A stretch of DNA of 24,271 bases from a virus (lineage: Duplodnaviria; Caudoviricetes), in IMG/VR virus record IMGVR_UViG_3300004112_000026, positions 1-24,271 of that record; one strand, 5' to 3'. Numbering within the stretch: position 1 is the stretch's first letter; every line of letters starts with the position of its first letter. A model generated the notes under the pieces. It worked only from the letters and a program-made list of their open reading frames with translations. It searched no databases and was not told the DNA's origin. Positions 1 through 9,513 of the stretch are shown piece after piece. Both the position numbers and the translations under genes were made by a program.

Positions 1-3000
1 CGATCGCAGCCAAGGCAGCATCTGCTTCTCGTAGGCCGGGCCCAAGGTTTCTTGCAGCACGTTGCGGATCTCGCTGTTGGTCAAGATTTTGTTGGCCGCC
101 ACGATAGCTTCGCGGTGCGTCAGATCTTTGATGACCTTGCCGGTGTGCTGTGTGATGACCTGCTCAAAATCAAGCTGCAGCGGCGCCGCAAATCCCTGGT
201 TACGCGCTTCTGTGTGGCCCTTGGACGTAGTCGCACGCACATAGCCTTCCTCAAAAAGCTGGCCCAGGTTGCCAGATTCTTGCCTGGCGCCCATTTCAGA
301 AAAGCGCGGGTCGTAGACCAGCGGGAAGTAGCCGCCTTGCATCTGAATGTCTTGCCCGTTCACGGTGACCACAAAGGCCTGCGCCTCGACCTTCTTGGGT
401 GCCAAGCCAGTGACGCGCTTCTCAAGCTCGACGATCTGCGGCCAGAGCGTATTGATGTTGTCCCAGGTCGCTTGCACAAACTGCCAGTCGGCTGCCGAGA
501 GCTTGGCAAACGCCGCCTCGACCATGTCCATGTTCCAGTTGTGGCCCCGCAGCATCTTGCCCAGGTTCTCTTCGTTGCCGCGGTTAAGCGCCATCGAGAT
601 GATGTACTTGCGCGTCACGCGCCCAATGCCAGGGATGTCGTAAGTGTCCAGCATCGACTTGCGCTGCTCTTTGGGCATTTGCTCAAGCGATGCGACGATC
701 TTCTCGGTCAGATCGCGGTGCAGGTCGTTCTCATCGCTTTGTGCCTGGGAGATCGGGTTCCACAAGTAGGTGTGCCAGGGCCCGTCGACGCGACCGCCGT
801 CGAGCCACTCGATGAGCTGCTCCATCTTGAGCAGCTGCGAGTCAAGCCGACTCACCGTGTCGCCGGCCTTCTCGCGCATGGTCAGAGCAGACAGATCGGG
901 CGGCAGCATGCGGCGCTGGCCATTGTTTTCAGCAATTGCCACCAACTCGGCGATCGCCTCTTGGAATGCAAACTCTTTGTTCTTGGTGACGATCTTGTTT
1001 TTCAGGCGCGCCAGGTGCTCGATGTTCTTGACCGCGTCGCGCACAGCGCGCAGCTCGTCAATGGACACCTGGCGATAGTTGACCAGGCGCGCTTCATTGA
1101 GCAGGCGCGCATCGATGGCGGGCTCCAACCCCTGTGCTTCCTGGTCAGTGATCCACTGCTCGAGCGACTGGCGCCGGTCAATCCTGGAAAGCGGCACCCT
1201 GCGGAACTCGTAGCGGTCCAGGATGGCGTCAATCTGCTCGAGGTAGGTATCACCTGCCTTGCCCATTTGCTCGCGCGTGGTGCCTTTCTCGAAGCGCTGC
1301 GCGTACTTCAGAATTGACTCTGCTTCTTCCCTGGCTTTGGTGGCCTCCAGGTACATGAAGTGATTTAGGAGCTCGCGCTGCTTGGCATCTGCTGCCAGCT
1401 GGAAGTCACCCGACACCAGAGCGTTTGACGCCTCGCGGGCTGCTTTGCGTGAGGCCTGCAGATGCTTGTAAGGATCCAAGTCGCGCAGGGCGGTCTGGCC
1501 GACTAGGCCTTGCGCGGCTGCCCGGAAAGCTTTGGCGGGCGGCGTCTTGATGGCTGCTCTGGCCTGCCGGCGCTCGCCAGCCTGGCGTTGGCGCTCCACG
1601 CGCACAAACGGCGCCACCTCGCGCTGCTTGCGACGCAAAGCTTTCAGCTCGATCATCAGCAGATCTTCGCGGTGCGTGTTGTGCAACGCTGCGATGGCTT
1701 CGTCTGCGATCGTCCCATCGGTCATTATGTCGCCGTAAGCCTCGCGCATGCGCACGTCGACCTCGGCGGCGATGTACTCGTTGCGCGGCTTCATGCCAGC
1801 CAGCGCTTCGATCAGCTTGTCGCCGGACTCAAAACCCAGGAACTCGGCCGCCGATTCGGGATCCATGCCGCCTTGGCGAGTGTAGATGCGGCCAAAGCTG
1901 CGCGGCAAGCGCTTCAAGTAATCCTCGCCGTAGCGCTCAACCAGCGCCTGCTTGTTCAGGCGAATGGGTGTGCCGTCCTCGAGCTTGCCCTCGGTCAGCG
2001 TTTTGAAGGCTGCGTACACAGGCGTGAGATCTGTTTCGACCTCGACCTCGGCGCGCATCTCAGCCTTGCGCTCTTTCCACCAGGCCTCGCGCTCGCGCTG
2101 CATCTGCTTCATGAGCTTGGCTTGCAGCGCTTCTTTGCCCGACTCCACGGTCTGCTCGACGGACTTTTTGTAGGCATCAAATTCCGCCAGCGTCACGCCC
2201 ATATCAGTGGCGGTGGTAAACATCTGCACGCTGCTGACCTGCTCTTTGGCGGCCGCAATTTCCTCGTCGGTGGCGTAGATCCGGTCAAACACTTCGCGGA
2301 TCTCGTTGGTGAGCTTGACGTCCAGCGACGTGATGGACTTGTAGATCAAGCCCAGCCAGGCCTTGAACTTTTGGAACAGCGGGCGCAGCTCTTCGCTGGG
2401 CGCGTTGCCTTCCATCAGGTAGGCTTCATTGGATCTGGCAAAGCGCTCGTGCGCTTGCACTGCGCGGTTGTACTCTGCGCTGCCGACCGTCTTGCCATCA
2501 AGCGTCAACTCAGCGCGCAAGGTCAAGCCCAAATACTTGAGCACCGCAGCGTAGTCGTCTTTGATCTGCTGGGTGGCGTCTGGCCGCTCGGCCAGGTCGC
2601 CCATCACTTCCAGGTAGAAGTGGCCAGTCTCGTGCAGGAATGTGGAGAGGTTTGCTTTTTCAAGCAGCGCAATGTTGAACTTGCGATTCGGGCCAAACTG
2701 GATAAAGCCGCGCTTGTCGGAAAGCGGGTCGCCTTGATCTAGGCTTTGGTAGAGGACGTTCCCTTGACCAGCTGCGCGATCTCCAGGTCCTCGTTCTCCT
2801 GGTCGAACTCCTGCTGCTCCGTTTGCGGCCTGTAGTTCGGCATCGACGGCTGCGACGGCGTCTGCGATGTCGGCGTCGCTGATTCCTTTTGCTCTGGCAA
2901 GTTTGGCTGCTGCGTTGGCATAGTCGGGTGCCTCGTCGTCTTCGTAGCTCTCGGTCGCCTCTTCGGCGGTCTTTGCAGCATCATACAGGCGTTTCTCCGG

Positions 3001-6000
3001 ATACCAAAGCAGTGCCTGATAGTCCGACATTGTAAGCGCCGGATAGGTCTGTTGCAGCTCAGACAACACACGGCTAAACACTTTTCTGATGTTGCCGCGC
3101 TCCGGCGGGCCGCTTGGCGCTTCCTTCTGGCCGTCCAAGTACTTCGTCAGCGCGTTGCCAACCTTGCGCAGCTCGTCACCAAAAGACACGCGCTCGGTGC
3201 CCTTCTTGGCCTCGCCCATAATCTCGACGATCTTGGCCGCACCGGCTTCGTCAAACACACCGATCTTGGCCATCTCCAGGCGATTGGCCGGCTTCTGGCT
3301 GGCTTTCCAGATGGCCACGCCAACAGCGTCCAAATCGCTCACAGACAGCTTGCGCTTGATGATGGCTTCAAAGGCCTTTTTGTCCGCGGGCGACAGGGCC
3401 TTGATCACGTCCTTCAACTGGGCGCGCTTGGCCTTGATCTGCGCCTGGTTGATTTCAACCAGCGTGCCGGTCCAGCGGCCCCATGTGCGCATCAACCAGC
3501 GGTCCATGGTGAGCTGCTCGAAGCGCCCGTACAGGTTCATGAAGAACCCGTTGCCAATCTTCGGACCTAGCGCTGCGGCGCCGTACACCATGGTCGTCAG
3601 GTTCTCGCCGCTGATTTTCTGGCCGGTGAACTTCTGCACCTCACCAGCGGGCTGCATGGTGGTCATGAACCGTTCGACCACTTCAAAGCCGTGCTTTTCG
3701 ATCAGCGTGTTGTACATGCCCATGGCTTTGTTGATCGCGCCGGCCGCAGTGCCAATGCCGATGTCGGTAGGCATCTTGCCGCCGGAGGCCTTCCACTGCT
3801 CGTAGGCCATCTCGGCCAGCTCAAAATTCTTGTCGACCTTCAGGCCGTTGGACGTGACGGCCATTGCCCACACAAAAGCAAACTTGGCCTGCGGATCCGT
3901 GGACACTTCCGGGTGAATCAACGACACCAGGCGCAGTGCCTTGGTCACCTTCTCGTTGTACCAGCCCACCGCGTTGGCGTTGGTACGCAAGGCAGTGATG
4001 CCGTCTGCCATGGCAATGCGCACCAGGTACTCTTCGGTGCCCTGGCTAAACTCGTCCAGGTTTACGCCGGCCGCCTTGGCAGCGTTGTTGACGCGCTCCT
4101 GGATCGCAAGCTTGAAATCCCTGTTTGTTGGAAACGACTGGCTGCCCGCAAACTCAAATGCCGACTCCACATTGGATACGGCATCGATCTCGTTCGGAAC
4201 GCTCCTGCCTTCGGCCTGCGCCCTTACGCGCTGGTACAGCTCATTTAACTGATCACCCAGCCCCGCCTGCTGGGTCGCCGCGTCGATCAGCTGGCGCACC
4301 TGGGCGTTGTCGGTAATCGCACCCACATCGATGCCCAGCGCGTCCAGGTAGTCGGCCAGTTGGTTGATCGTGTCGCGCTGCTGCAGCAGCTGCTCATTAA
4401 AATTCTGCGCTGCGAATTGCTGGTTGCCTCCGCGCAGCTCTTCATCGAGCGCATCAAAGATGTCTGCCTCCGTGATGCTGCCCACGTCTCGCCCAGGGAA
4501 GTAGCCCGCCTCCACTGCCCGCTCGCCGATCTGATCGGGCGACAGGCCTGCGAGCTGCACCAGGTTGCGCTGAAATGGCCGGTTGTTCATGTCCGCATCA
4601 ACCAGCTCGCCCGTGGGCAAAATGCCGCCCTGCGCACGCACAAACTCCACTAGCGACGGGCCAAAGATGTCCATGTCGGTAGGAGTCGTGCCGCTGCGCA
4701 GTGTGTCAAGCAAAGGATCCAGGTTGATGTCAGCTCGCGTATCACGCGTCAAGATCTCAGGCAGCGGGCGAGATACGCCCAGGCTGTACTGCTCGTGCAG
4801 CGCTACTGGGTCAATGCCTGCGCGTGTGGCAAGGCTGTTGATCACCTTGGCGTACTGCGTGGCATAAGCTTCTGCCGTGGTGCGATCACTGCCCGAGGCG
4901 ATCAGCTGCCCGGTCATGTCGTCGCGGATCTTGGTGGTCGCCGGCGTGTCAATCTCACCCACCGAAGCCTGCGCCTGGGCAATCACTTCTTCGTCGATGG
5001 CCTCTTGCTCGGCCAAGTACTCGTTGGCTTCGCGCAGACTAATGTCGCCCTGGCGCAGTCGCATGTCAGGCTGCAGGCCCGCCAGGTGTTCGGTAGGCGC
5101 AATGCGCTCAGCAAATTGGTCGATCGGAATTACCAGGTCGGTGCCGGTGGCCACAGCCTCTTCAAAGTTGCGCACACCAGCTTCTTGGGCGGCTGCGGCA
5201 GGATCAATGCTCTGGCTTTGGAAGTACGTGCTAAAGCGCTGCGCATCGATGTAGACGTTTTGCACGGGGCCGTCGGCTGTGACGGTTGCGACAAACTCGC
5301 GGAACTTCTCCGGCATGCGCTTTAATGTGTTGGACTGGCTGGCTGTTTCGCCCAGGGCCTCGAACACGGCTTGCGACTGTTCTGCTTTCTTAACCTGCTG
5401 ACGTGCGGAGTAGGCCTTCGTGCCCCCACCAATGCCGCCCAGGACAACAGTTGCCTTGAATGCTTCGGTAGACTCAGCCAGGATGTCGTCGACGTCTTGC
5501 GCAAGCTGTGTGGCGTTGTAGGGCTGCTTCTCGCGCTTGCCTTCAAATTCTGCTGCCGCTTCGCGAGAAAGAATTGAGATGAACTTTTGCAGGCCTTCGG
5601 TGAATGTCTCGGTGCCTACAGCCACGGCATACTTCTTGCCGATCTCTTTCATGGCTGCGCGCATGGTTGGGCGTGCGAGCACGGTCTTGATCTGCTGGGT
5701 GCTAAGCGTGCCAATTAACTTGTCCGCGCCTGGCACCAGGCGCAAGCTCTTGCCCAGGGAAAACGTCTCCAGCGCCGTGTTTGGCACACCAGCAATGATC
5801 GAGGCATAGCGTGCCACGGTGGGATCGAGCTGCGTGCCGTCGGCAAACTTAAATTGCTTCAAGTCGTCGTAGACCTCACCCACGCTTGACTCGTAGGTGT
5901 TGAGCACCACGCCTGCCGTGGTGCCGGTCTTTAAGCCAATCAAACCAAAGGTAGCGCCGCCGGCCGTTGATGTCACTGGCGCGCCAGGGCCGCCAATCAA

Positions 6001-6615
6001 GCCCATGGCTGCGCCTGTGGCCGCACCTGTGCCCATGCCGATTGCGCCTTCGTACTTCAACGCATCGAGCACCGAGTAGGCGCTCATGCCAATCACATCG
6101 CTGGCTGCCTTGGTCCAGCTGGGTAGACCGTCTTTAAACTCTTTGCTGCGCTGCTGGGCCAGCGTTTCCAGGCGCTTGAGCTGCACCTTCTCGGACGGGG
6201 TAATAGTCCCCATGACTTCCTTGAAGTTGAGAAACATTTGGCGCTGCTTGTCCCAGCCTTGCTCGAGGCCCGCGGGTACAGAGCGCAGTGTGTTCTCGAT
6301 CGTGCCAAACAGATCCAGGTCGTCGTGCGATACCGCAGCGTTGTCCCGGTTAGAAAAGTACTCCGAGGTTTTGGGTGTTTGCCGCTGGATCTGATCGATC
6401 GGCAAATTGCGCATGCGGTTGATGCGCTCGAGATCAAACTTGTTGTCGGCAGCAAACTCGGCCGACACGCCACTCTTGTTGCCAAGCTTTAAGTTCTTGG
6501 CGTAATCATCTGGGTTTTGCTGAAAACCAAATGACAACGACTGCCTGGTGCGCTGGGACTTCTCTTCCAGCAGCAGCTCGTTGCCAATCAGAGTTTCAAG
6601 GTCGCGCTGCCCCAT
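1..6615 (-). CDS. Giant internal virion/ejection (DNA-transfer) protein, polyvalent type, >2,205 aa; 3' end beyond window
   Basis: ATG at 6615 with AGGA SD (TAGGACAACGACATG). Manual translation at several points gives sensible protein in one frame (MGQRDLETLIGNE..., FLHETGHFYLE at ~2610-2640, GGYFPLVYDPR at ~305-340, HREAIVAANKIL...MLPWLRS at the window edge). The ORF track lists no terminated minus ORF in this frame. The long + ORFs at 52, 1510, 3052, 3691, 4360, 4795, 5371 and 6238 all share the antisense codon register. Position as last core-protein gene fits T7 gp16-like synteny. Confidence 0.9.
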   Translation of the reverse strand, partial: MGQRDLETLIGNELLLEEKSQRTRQSLSFGFQQNPDDYAKNLKLGNKSGVSAEFAADNKFDLERINRMRNLPIDQIQRQTPKTSEYFSNRDNAAVSHDDLDLFGTIENTLRSVPAGLEQGWDKQRQMFLNFKEVMGTITPSEKVQLKRLETLAQQRSKEFKDGLPSWTKAASDVIGMSAYSVLDALKYEGAIGMGTGAATGAAMGLIGGPGAPVTSTAGGATFGLIGLKTGTTAGVVLNTYESSVGEVYDDLKQFKFADGTQLDPTVARYASIIAGVPNTALETFSLGKSLRLVPGADKLIGTLSTQQIKTVLARPTMRAAMKEIGKKYAVAVGTETFTEGLQKFISILSREAAAEFEGKREKQPYNATQLAQDVDDILAESTEAFKATVVLGGIGGGTKAYSARQQVKKAEQSQAVFEALGETASQSNTLKRMPEKFREFVATVTADGPVQNVYIDAQRFSTYFQSQSIDPAAAAQEAGVRNFEEAVATGTDLVIPIDQFAERIAPTEHLAGLQPDMRLRQGDISLREANEYLAEQEAIDEEVIAQAQASVGEIDTPATTKIRDDMTGQLIASGSDRTTAEAYATQYAKVINSLATRAGIDPVALHEQYSLGVSRPLPEILTRDTRADINLDPLLDTLRSGTTPTDMDIFGPSLVEFVRAQGGILPTGELVDADMNNRPFQRNLVQLAGLSPDQIGERAVEAGYFPGRDVGSITEADIFDALDEELRGGNQQFAAQNFNEQLLQQRDTINQLADYLDALGIDVGAITDNAQVRQLIDAATQQAGLGDQLNELYQRVRAQAEGRSVPNEIDAVSNVESAFEFAGSQSFPTNRDFKLAIQERVNNAAKAAGVNLDEFSQGTEEYLVRIAMADGITALRTNANAVGWYNEKVTKALRLVSLIHPEVSTDPQAKFAFVWAMAVTSNGLKVDKNFELAEMAYEQWKASGGKMPTDIGIGTAAGAINKAMGMYNTLIEKHGFEVVERFMTTMQPAGEVQKFTGQKISGENLTTMVYGAAALGPKIGNGFFMNLYGRFEQLTMDRWLMRTWGRWTGTLVEINQAQIKAKRAQLKDVIKALSPADKKAFEAIIKRKLSVSDLDAVGVAIWKASQKPANRLEMAKIGVFDEAGAAKIVEIMGEAKKGTERVSFGDELRKVGNALTKYLDGQKEAPSGPPERGNIRKVFSRVLSELQQTYPALTMSDYQALLWYPEKRLYDAAKTAEEATESYEDDEAPDYANAAAKLARAKGISDADIADAVAAVDAELQAANGAAGVRPGERGPGDRAAGQGNVLYQSLDQGDPLSDKRGFIQFGPNRKFNIALLEKANLSTFLHETGHFYLEVMGDLAERPDATQQIKDDYAAVLKYLGLTLRAELTLDGKTVGSAEYNRAVQAHERFARSNEAYLMEGNAPSEELRPLFQKFKAWLGLIYKSITSLDVKLTNEIREVFDRIYATDEEIAAAKEQVSSVQMFTTATDMGVTLAEFDAYKKSVEQTVESGKEALQAKLMKQMQREREAWWKERKAEMRAEVEVETDLTPVYAAFKTLTEGKLEDGTPIRLNKQALVERYGEDYLKRLPRSFGRIYTRQGGMDPESAAEFLGFESGDKLIEALAGMKPRNEYIAAEVDVRMREAYGDIMTDGTIADEAIAALHNTHREDLLMIELKALRRKQREVAPFVRVERQRQAGERRQARAAIKTPPAKAFRAAAQGLVGQTALRDLDPYKHLQASRKAAREASNALVSGDFQLAADAKQRELLNHFMYLEATKAREEAESILKYAQRFEKGTTREQMGKAGDTYLEQIDAILDRYEFRRVPLSRIDRRQSLEQWITDQEAQGLEPAIDARLLNEARLVNYRQVSIDELRAVRDAVKNIEHLARLKNKIVTKNKEFAFQEAIAELVAIAENNGQRRMLPPDLSALTMREKAGDTVSRLDSQLLKMEQLIEWLDGGRVDGPWHTYLWNPISQAQSDENDLHRDLTEKIVASLEQMPKEQRKSMLDTYDIPGIGRVTRKYIISMALNRGNEENLGKMLRGHNWNMDMVEAAFAKLSAADWQFVQATWDNINTLWPQIVELEKRVTGLAPKKVEAQAFVVTVNGQDIQMQGGYFPLVYDPRFSEMGARQESGNLGQLFEEGYVRATTSKGHTEARNQGFAAPLQLDFEQVITQHTGKVIKDLTHREAIVAANKILTNSEIRNVLQETLGPAYEKQMLPWLRS

Positions 6616-6624
6616 GTCGTTGTC

Positions 6625-9039
6625 CTATTTCTTGTTGAGCGCAGCGATGCCACGCAGAATCTGTTCTTCTGTCGGCTGCACGCCCTTGGCTGTGTAGGCA
6701 TTGATGACCTTTTCGCGATCGCCTGGCCGGCCAAAATTGCTCATATCACGCACCTCAAAGACGCGCTTGTCCTCGTAGCTAATGGAGCCACTGCCAAACA
6801 AGCCGCCTTTTTGCTGCATTCTGACGGGGCCCACCATCAACAAAGTGTCGATAACTTGCGTCTTTTCATCTTCACGCAGTGGTCGGCCCAGGTTCTTCTG
6901 CTTGGCTAAAATGACTTCTTCAACACGATCGTTGAGCTGCGCCATTGTGGCCTTAATTCTTTTGCCTTTGTCAGTTTTGCCGTCCGCGTCATACACCGCA
7001 ATGCCTGCCTTAAAGGCACGCGAATCCAGCAAGTCTTTGTCGAACTTGACGGTGGCTGCGTCTGTCTGGAGTTTGCGCTTGTAGGTAATAGCCTTGCTTA
7101 CATTACCTCGACCAAGATCTGGCACAAGCGCCCGAATTTCGTCCTCTGACATACGGGCTAGTCTGTCTGGATCTTCTGTCAGCATCTGATAATTGGCGTC
7201 CTGATTGATGCGCATTTCTTCTCTGCTGCCTGCGCTCATTCCTTCTGGTTTTCGGAAATTCTCAATCTGGTTCTCAAGCTGCGCCCGATCAGTGCCGCCC
7301 AGGGCTTTCCACTCGGGCATACCGCGGATCTTGGCCATTGGCTGCTTAGCCAGCACCGCATTCCAGACAGCGTCGCGGTTGGTGTTCTCAGTGCGCTGCT
7401 TTTCTTGGAGCTTGCGCAATTCTTCCGTATTGCGCGCAGAGGAAATCTGCTGGCGTAGTCTTTCCTGAATGCTGCCTGGCAAGTTGCCCCATTCAGGCAT
7501 CTGCGTAATGACATCAAGCTTGTCGCCTCGACCTGCAGCTGACCAGACCGCATCTTCGTTCCTGCTGTTTGAGCGCTGCTCGCGCGCCCAGTCGCGACTC
7601 TCACGCGCATCGCGTGCTGCTGCGCGCTGGTCTTCATCTCTGCGGAGATCGTCCTCAAATTTTTTGCGCTGCACCGGGCCCAGTTGTTTATAGGGGTCAG
7701 ACTTTTGAATAGCCTCTAGCGTCACACCGTCCGCCACCAATCCCCAAAGCTTGCCTACACGCTCCTCATTGCGTTTGGTCGACGCAGCACTCCACACGTT
7801 GTAATCCTGCGTTAGCTTAGTCTCCGCCTTGGCCAGCAGATCGGGCTTGTCTTTTAACGTCACATCATCGCGCAGTGTTTGAAGCGCTTTCTCCAAATCG
7901 TAGACGTCACTATCATTTTTTGGCTTGTGCGCATTCTGAGCCAAACCAACAGCCACATTGACAGTCTGCCCATTGTCATTTTGCAAGCGCTCGGCCACGC
8001 CGGCATCGTGCAATTGCTTGCGCTCAACCAGTTGCTTAATCGCCACGTCACGCGCTTGTGGGTTGTTCTTGTACTTGCTGCGAATTTCGTTGGCCATCTT
8101 GTCGATTTGAAATGGCTTGCGGTCATCGCCTCCGGGGCCCAAATTGCCGTTTACTAATTTGTCGACAAAGTCCGACACCTCGGCGTCAATGCCGACCACG
8201 CCGACCGCTTTGATCGCTGCGCTCGTGTCTTTGGCATCGATCGCGTCGCGGTGCAAATCAAAATACGCTTTAGCCGCCAGTGGCTTTTGCTCTTCCAATA
8301 GTCGGTTAATCACGATCGAGTGCATGTTGCTTTGAGCTTCAAGTACCAGGGCTTTGGTCGCGTCTTTGCTCATGCCCTTGCTCATCGCGTAGCGCGTCGT
8401 CTCCTCGACGATGCGACCCATGGCGCTTTGCAATTCGGTTGGGTTGTCGTAGTAGCGCGCTGCGCGCTGATTCTCGACGGCCACGGAGCCTTTGTAGACG
8501 CTCTCTTTGTAGACGTCTCCCTGCTGCATCTCGTGATTGCGCACGCGCTCGTCGAACCCGGCACGCATGCGCTCGGCGCTAAGCAAAAACTGCCGACGCT
8601 GATTGTCATTACCCAGCGTGCCGGCAATCTCACTAATCCTGGCCTGGTATTTGGCGCTGTACTCTTCCGAGAGCGGCTTGTTGCCTTCGCCGCGATTAAG
8701 CGCCGCCTCGCCTTTGTAGTTCAGTGCGCCCATTTCACGCTGGCCGCCCTGCAGAGCATTGTTGACTTGAGATGCCACACCTTGCATGTTGGATGCCGGC
8801 GCATCCGATGACGTGCCATTGCCAAACAGCAGCTCGTTGTCAGCCAGGTTGAGCTTGTTGATTGCATCCTGTGCGCGAAACTGATCGGCTTCCTCCCGCG
8901 CTCTATTGATCGCGTTCATAACGCCGCTCACAGCAGAGGAAATTGCCTCGCCGGCGTTGGGCATGACCGGGTTGATTGACGGACTGGGCAGGTTACCGAC
9001 CTGCTCCTGCGTTTGCTCATAGACTGGAATGCGCGGCAT
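6625..9039 (-). CDS. Internal virion/ejection protein (T7 gp15 positional analogue), 804 aa
   Basis: MPRIPVYEQ N-terminus typical of this gene position in podoviruses; helical, charged composition; lies between the small core protein and the giant protein; SD GGGAG. Confidence 0.75.
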   Translation of the reverse strand: MPRIPVYEQTQEQVGNLPSPSINPVMPNAGEAISSAVSGVMNAINRAREEADQFRAQDAINKLNLADNELLFGNGTSSDAPASNMQGVASQVNNALQGGQREMGALNYKGEAALNRGEGNKPLSEEYSAKYQARISEIAGTLGNDNQRRQFLLSAERMRAGFDERVRNHEMQQGDVYKESVYKGSVAVENQRAARYYDNPTELQSAMGRIVEETTRYAMSKGMSKDATKALVLEAQSNMHSIVINRLLEEQKPLAAKAYFDLHRDAIDAKDTSAAIKAVGVVGIDAEVSDFVDKLVNGNLGPGGDDRKPFQIDKMANEIRSKYKNNPQARDVAIKQLVERKQLHDAGVAERLQNDNGQTVNVAVGLAQNAHKPKNDSDVYDLEKALQTLRDDVTLKDKPDLLAKAETKLTQDYNVWSAASTKRNEERVGKLWGLVADGVTLEAIQKSDPYKQLGPVQRKKFEDDLRRDEDQRAAARDARESRDWAREQRSNSRNEDAVWSAAGRGDKLDVITQMPEWGNLPGSIQERLRQQISSARNTEELRKLQEKQRTENTNRDAVWNAVLAKQPMAKIRGMPEWKALGGTDRAQLENQIENFRKPEGMSAGSREEMRINQDANYQMLTEDPDRLARMSEDEIRALVPDLGRGNVSKAITYKRKLQTDAATVKFDKDLLDSRAFKAGIAVYDADGKTDKGKRIKATMAQLNDRVEEVILAKQKNLGRPLREDEKTQVIDTLLMVGPVRMQQKGGLFGSGSISYEDKRVFEVRDMSNFGRPGDREKVINAYTAKGVQPTEEQILRGIAALNKK

Positions 9040-9042
9040 CGC

Positions 9043-9513
9043 TTACTCCCACCACTGTTTCTTGATACCGGCCGCGTAGACGTTGCCAGCGCCCGTCAGC
9101 ACAGAACCCAGTGCCTGGCCCTGGTATGCCCGCGACCTAGCACGCCCCTCAAACTCTTCAGCAGCACCTTGTGTTTCGTAACCCCACGCAGCGCGCATCG
9201 CGTTGTTGCGAATGGTCAGTGCGTCGCGCTCGCTCATCTCAGCCGACTGGATCAGTACATCACCAAATGATCCGGAGTCTGCCATCGCGCCCGATGCACC
9301 CATGGCTGCGCGTTGGCGTCCCATAAATTGGCGACCTTGTTCGCGCTGCTTTTGTTCTTCCACGGCCCCGCGTGCAATCGTGTCTTGCGCTTGATAATCG
9401 CGCACCTGCTTGTTGTACGCCGCCATGTTCCGAGCGTCTTCGGCCTGCTGCATACTTGCAGATGCGCTTACAGCGCTTCCTGCTACAGTCAGCGCGGTCA
9501 TAATGTCACACAT
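9043..9513 (-). CDS. Small internal virion/ejection protein (T7 gp14 analogue), 156 aa
   Basis: MC- start followed by hydrophobic Ala/Gly stretch; 'GRQRAAMGASGAMADSGS' motif; C-terminal 'ALGSVLTGAG'; follows the gp13-like gene. Confidence 0.8.
   Translation of the reverse strand: MCDIMTALTVAGSAVSASASMQQAEDARNMAAYNKQVRDYQAQDTIARGAVEEQKQREQGRQFMGRQRAAMGASGAMADSGSFGDVLIQSAEMSERDALTIRNNAMRAAWGYETQGAAEEFEGRARSRAYQGQALGSVLTGAGNVYAAGIKKQWWE

Noticed and set aside
52-6492. Long + strand ORFs (421, 410, 172, 185, 176 aa and others)
   Set aside because: Antisense shadows in the codon register of the giant minus-strand gene; no recognisable motifs.
6625-6627. Stop-codon reassignment (TAG recoding)
   Set aside because: Genes are full length under the standard code and the downstream gene has its own SD and ATG.
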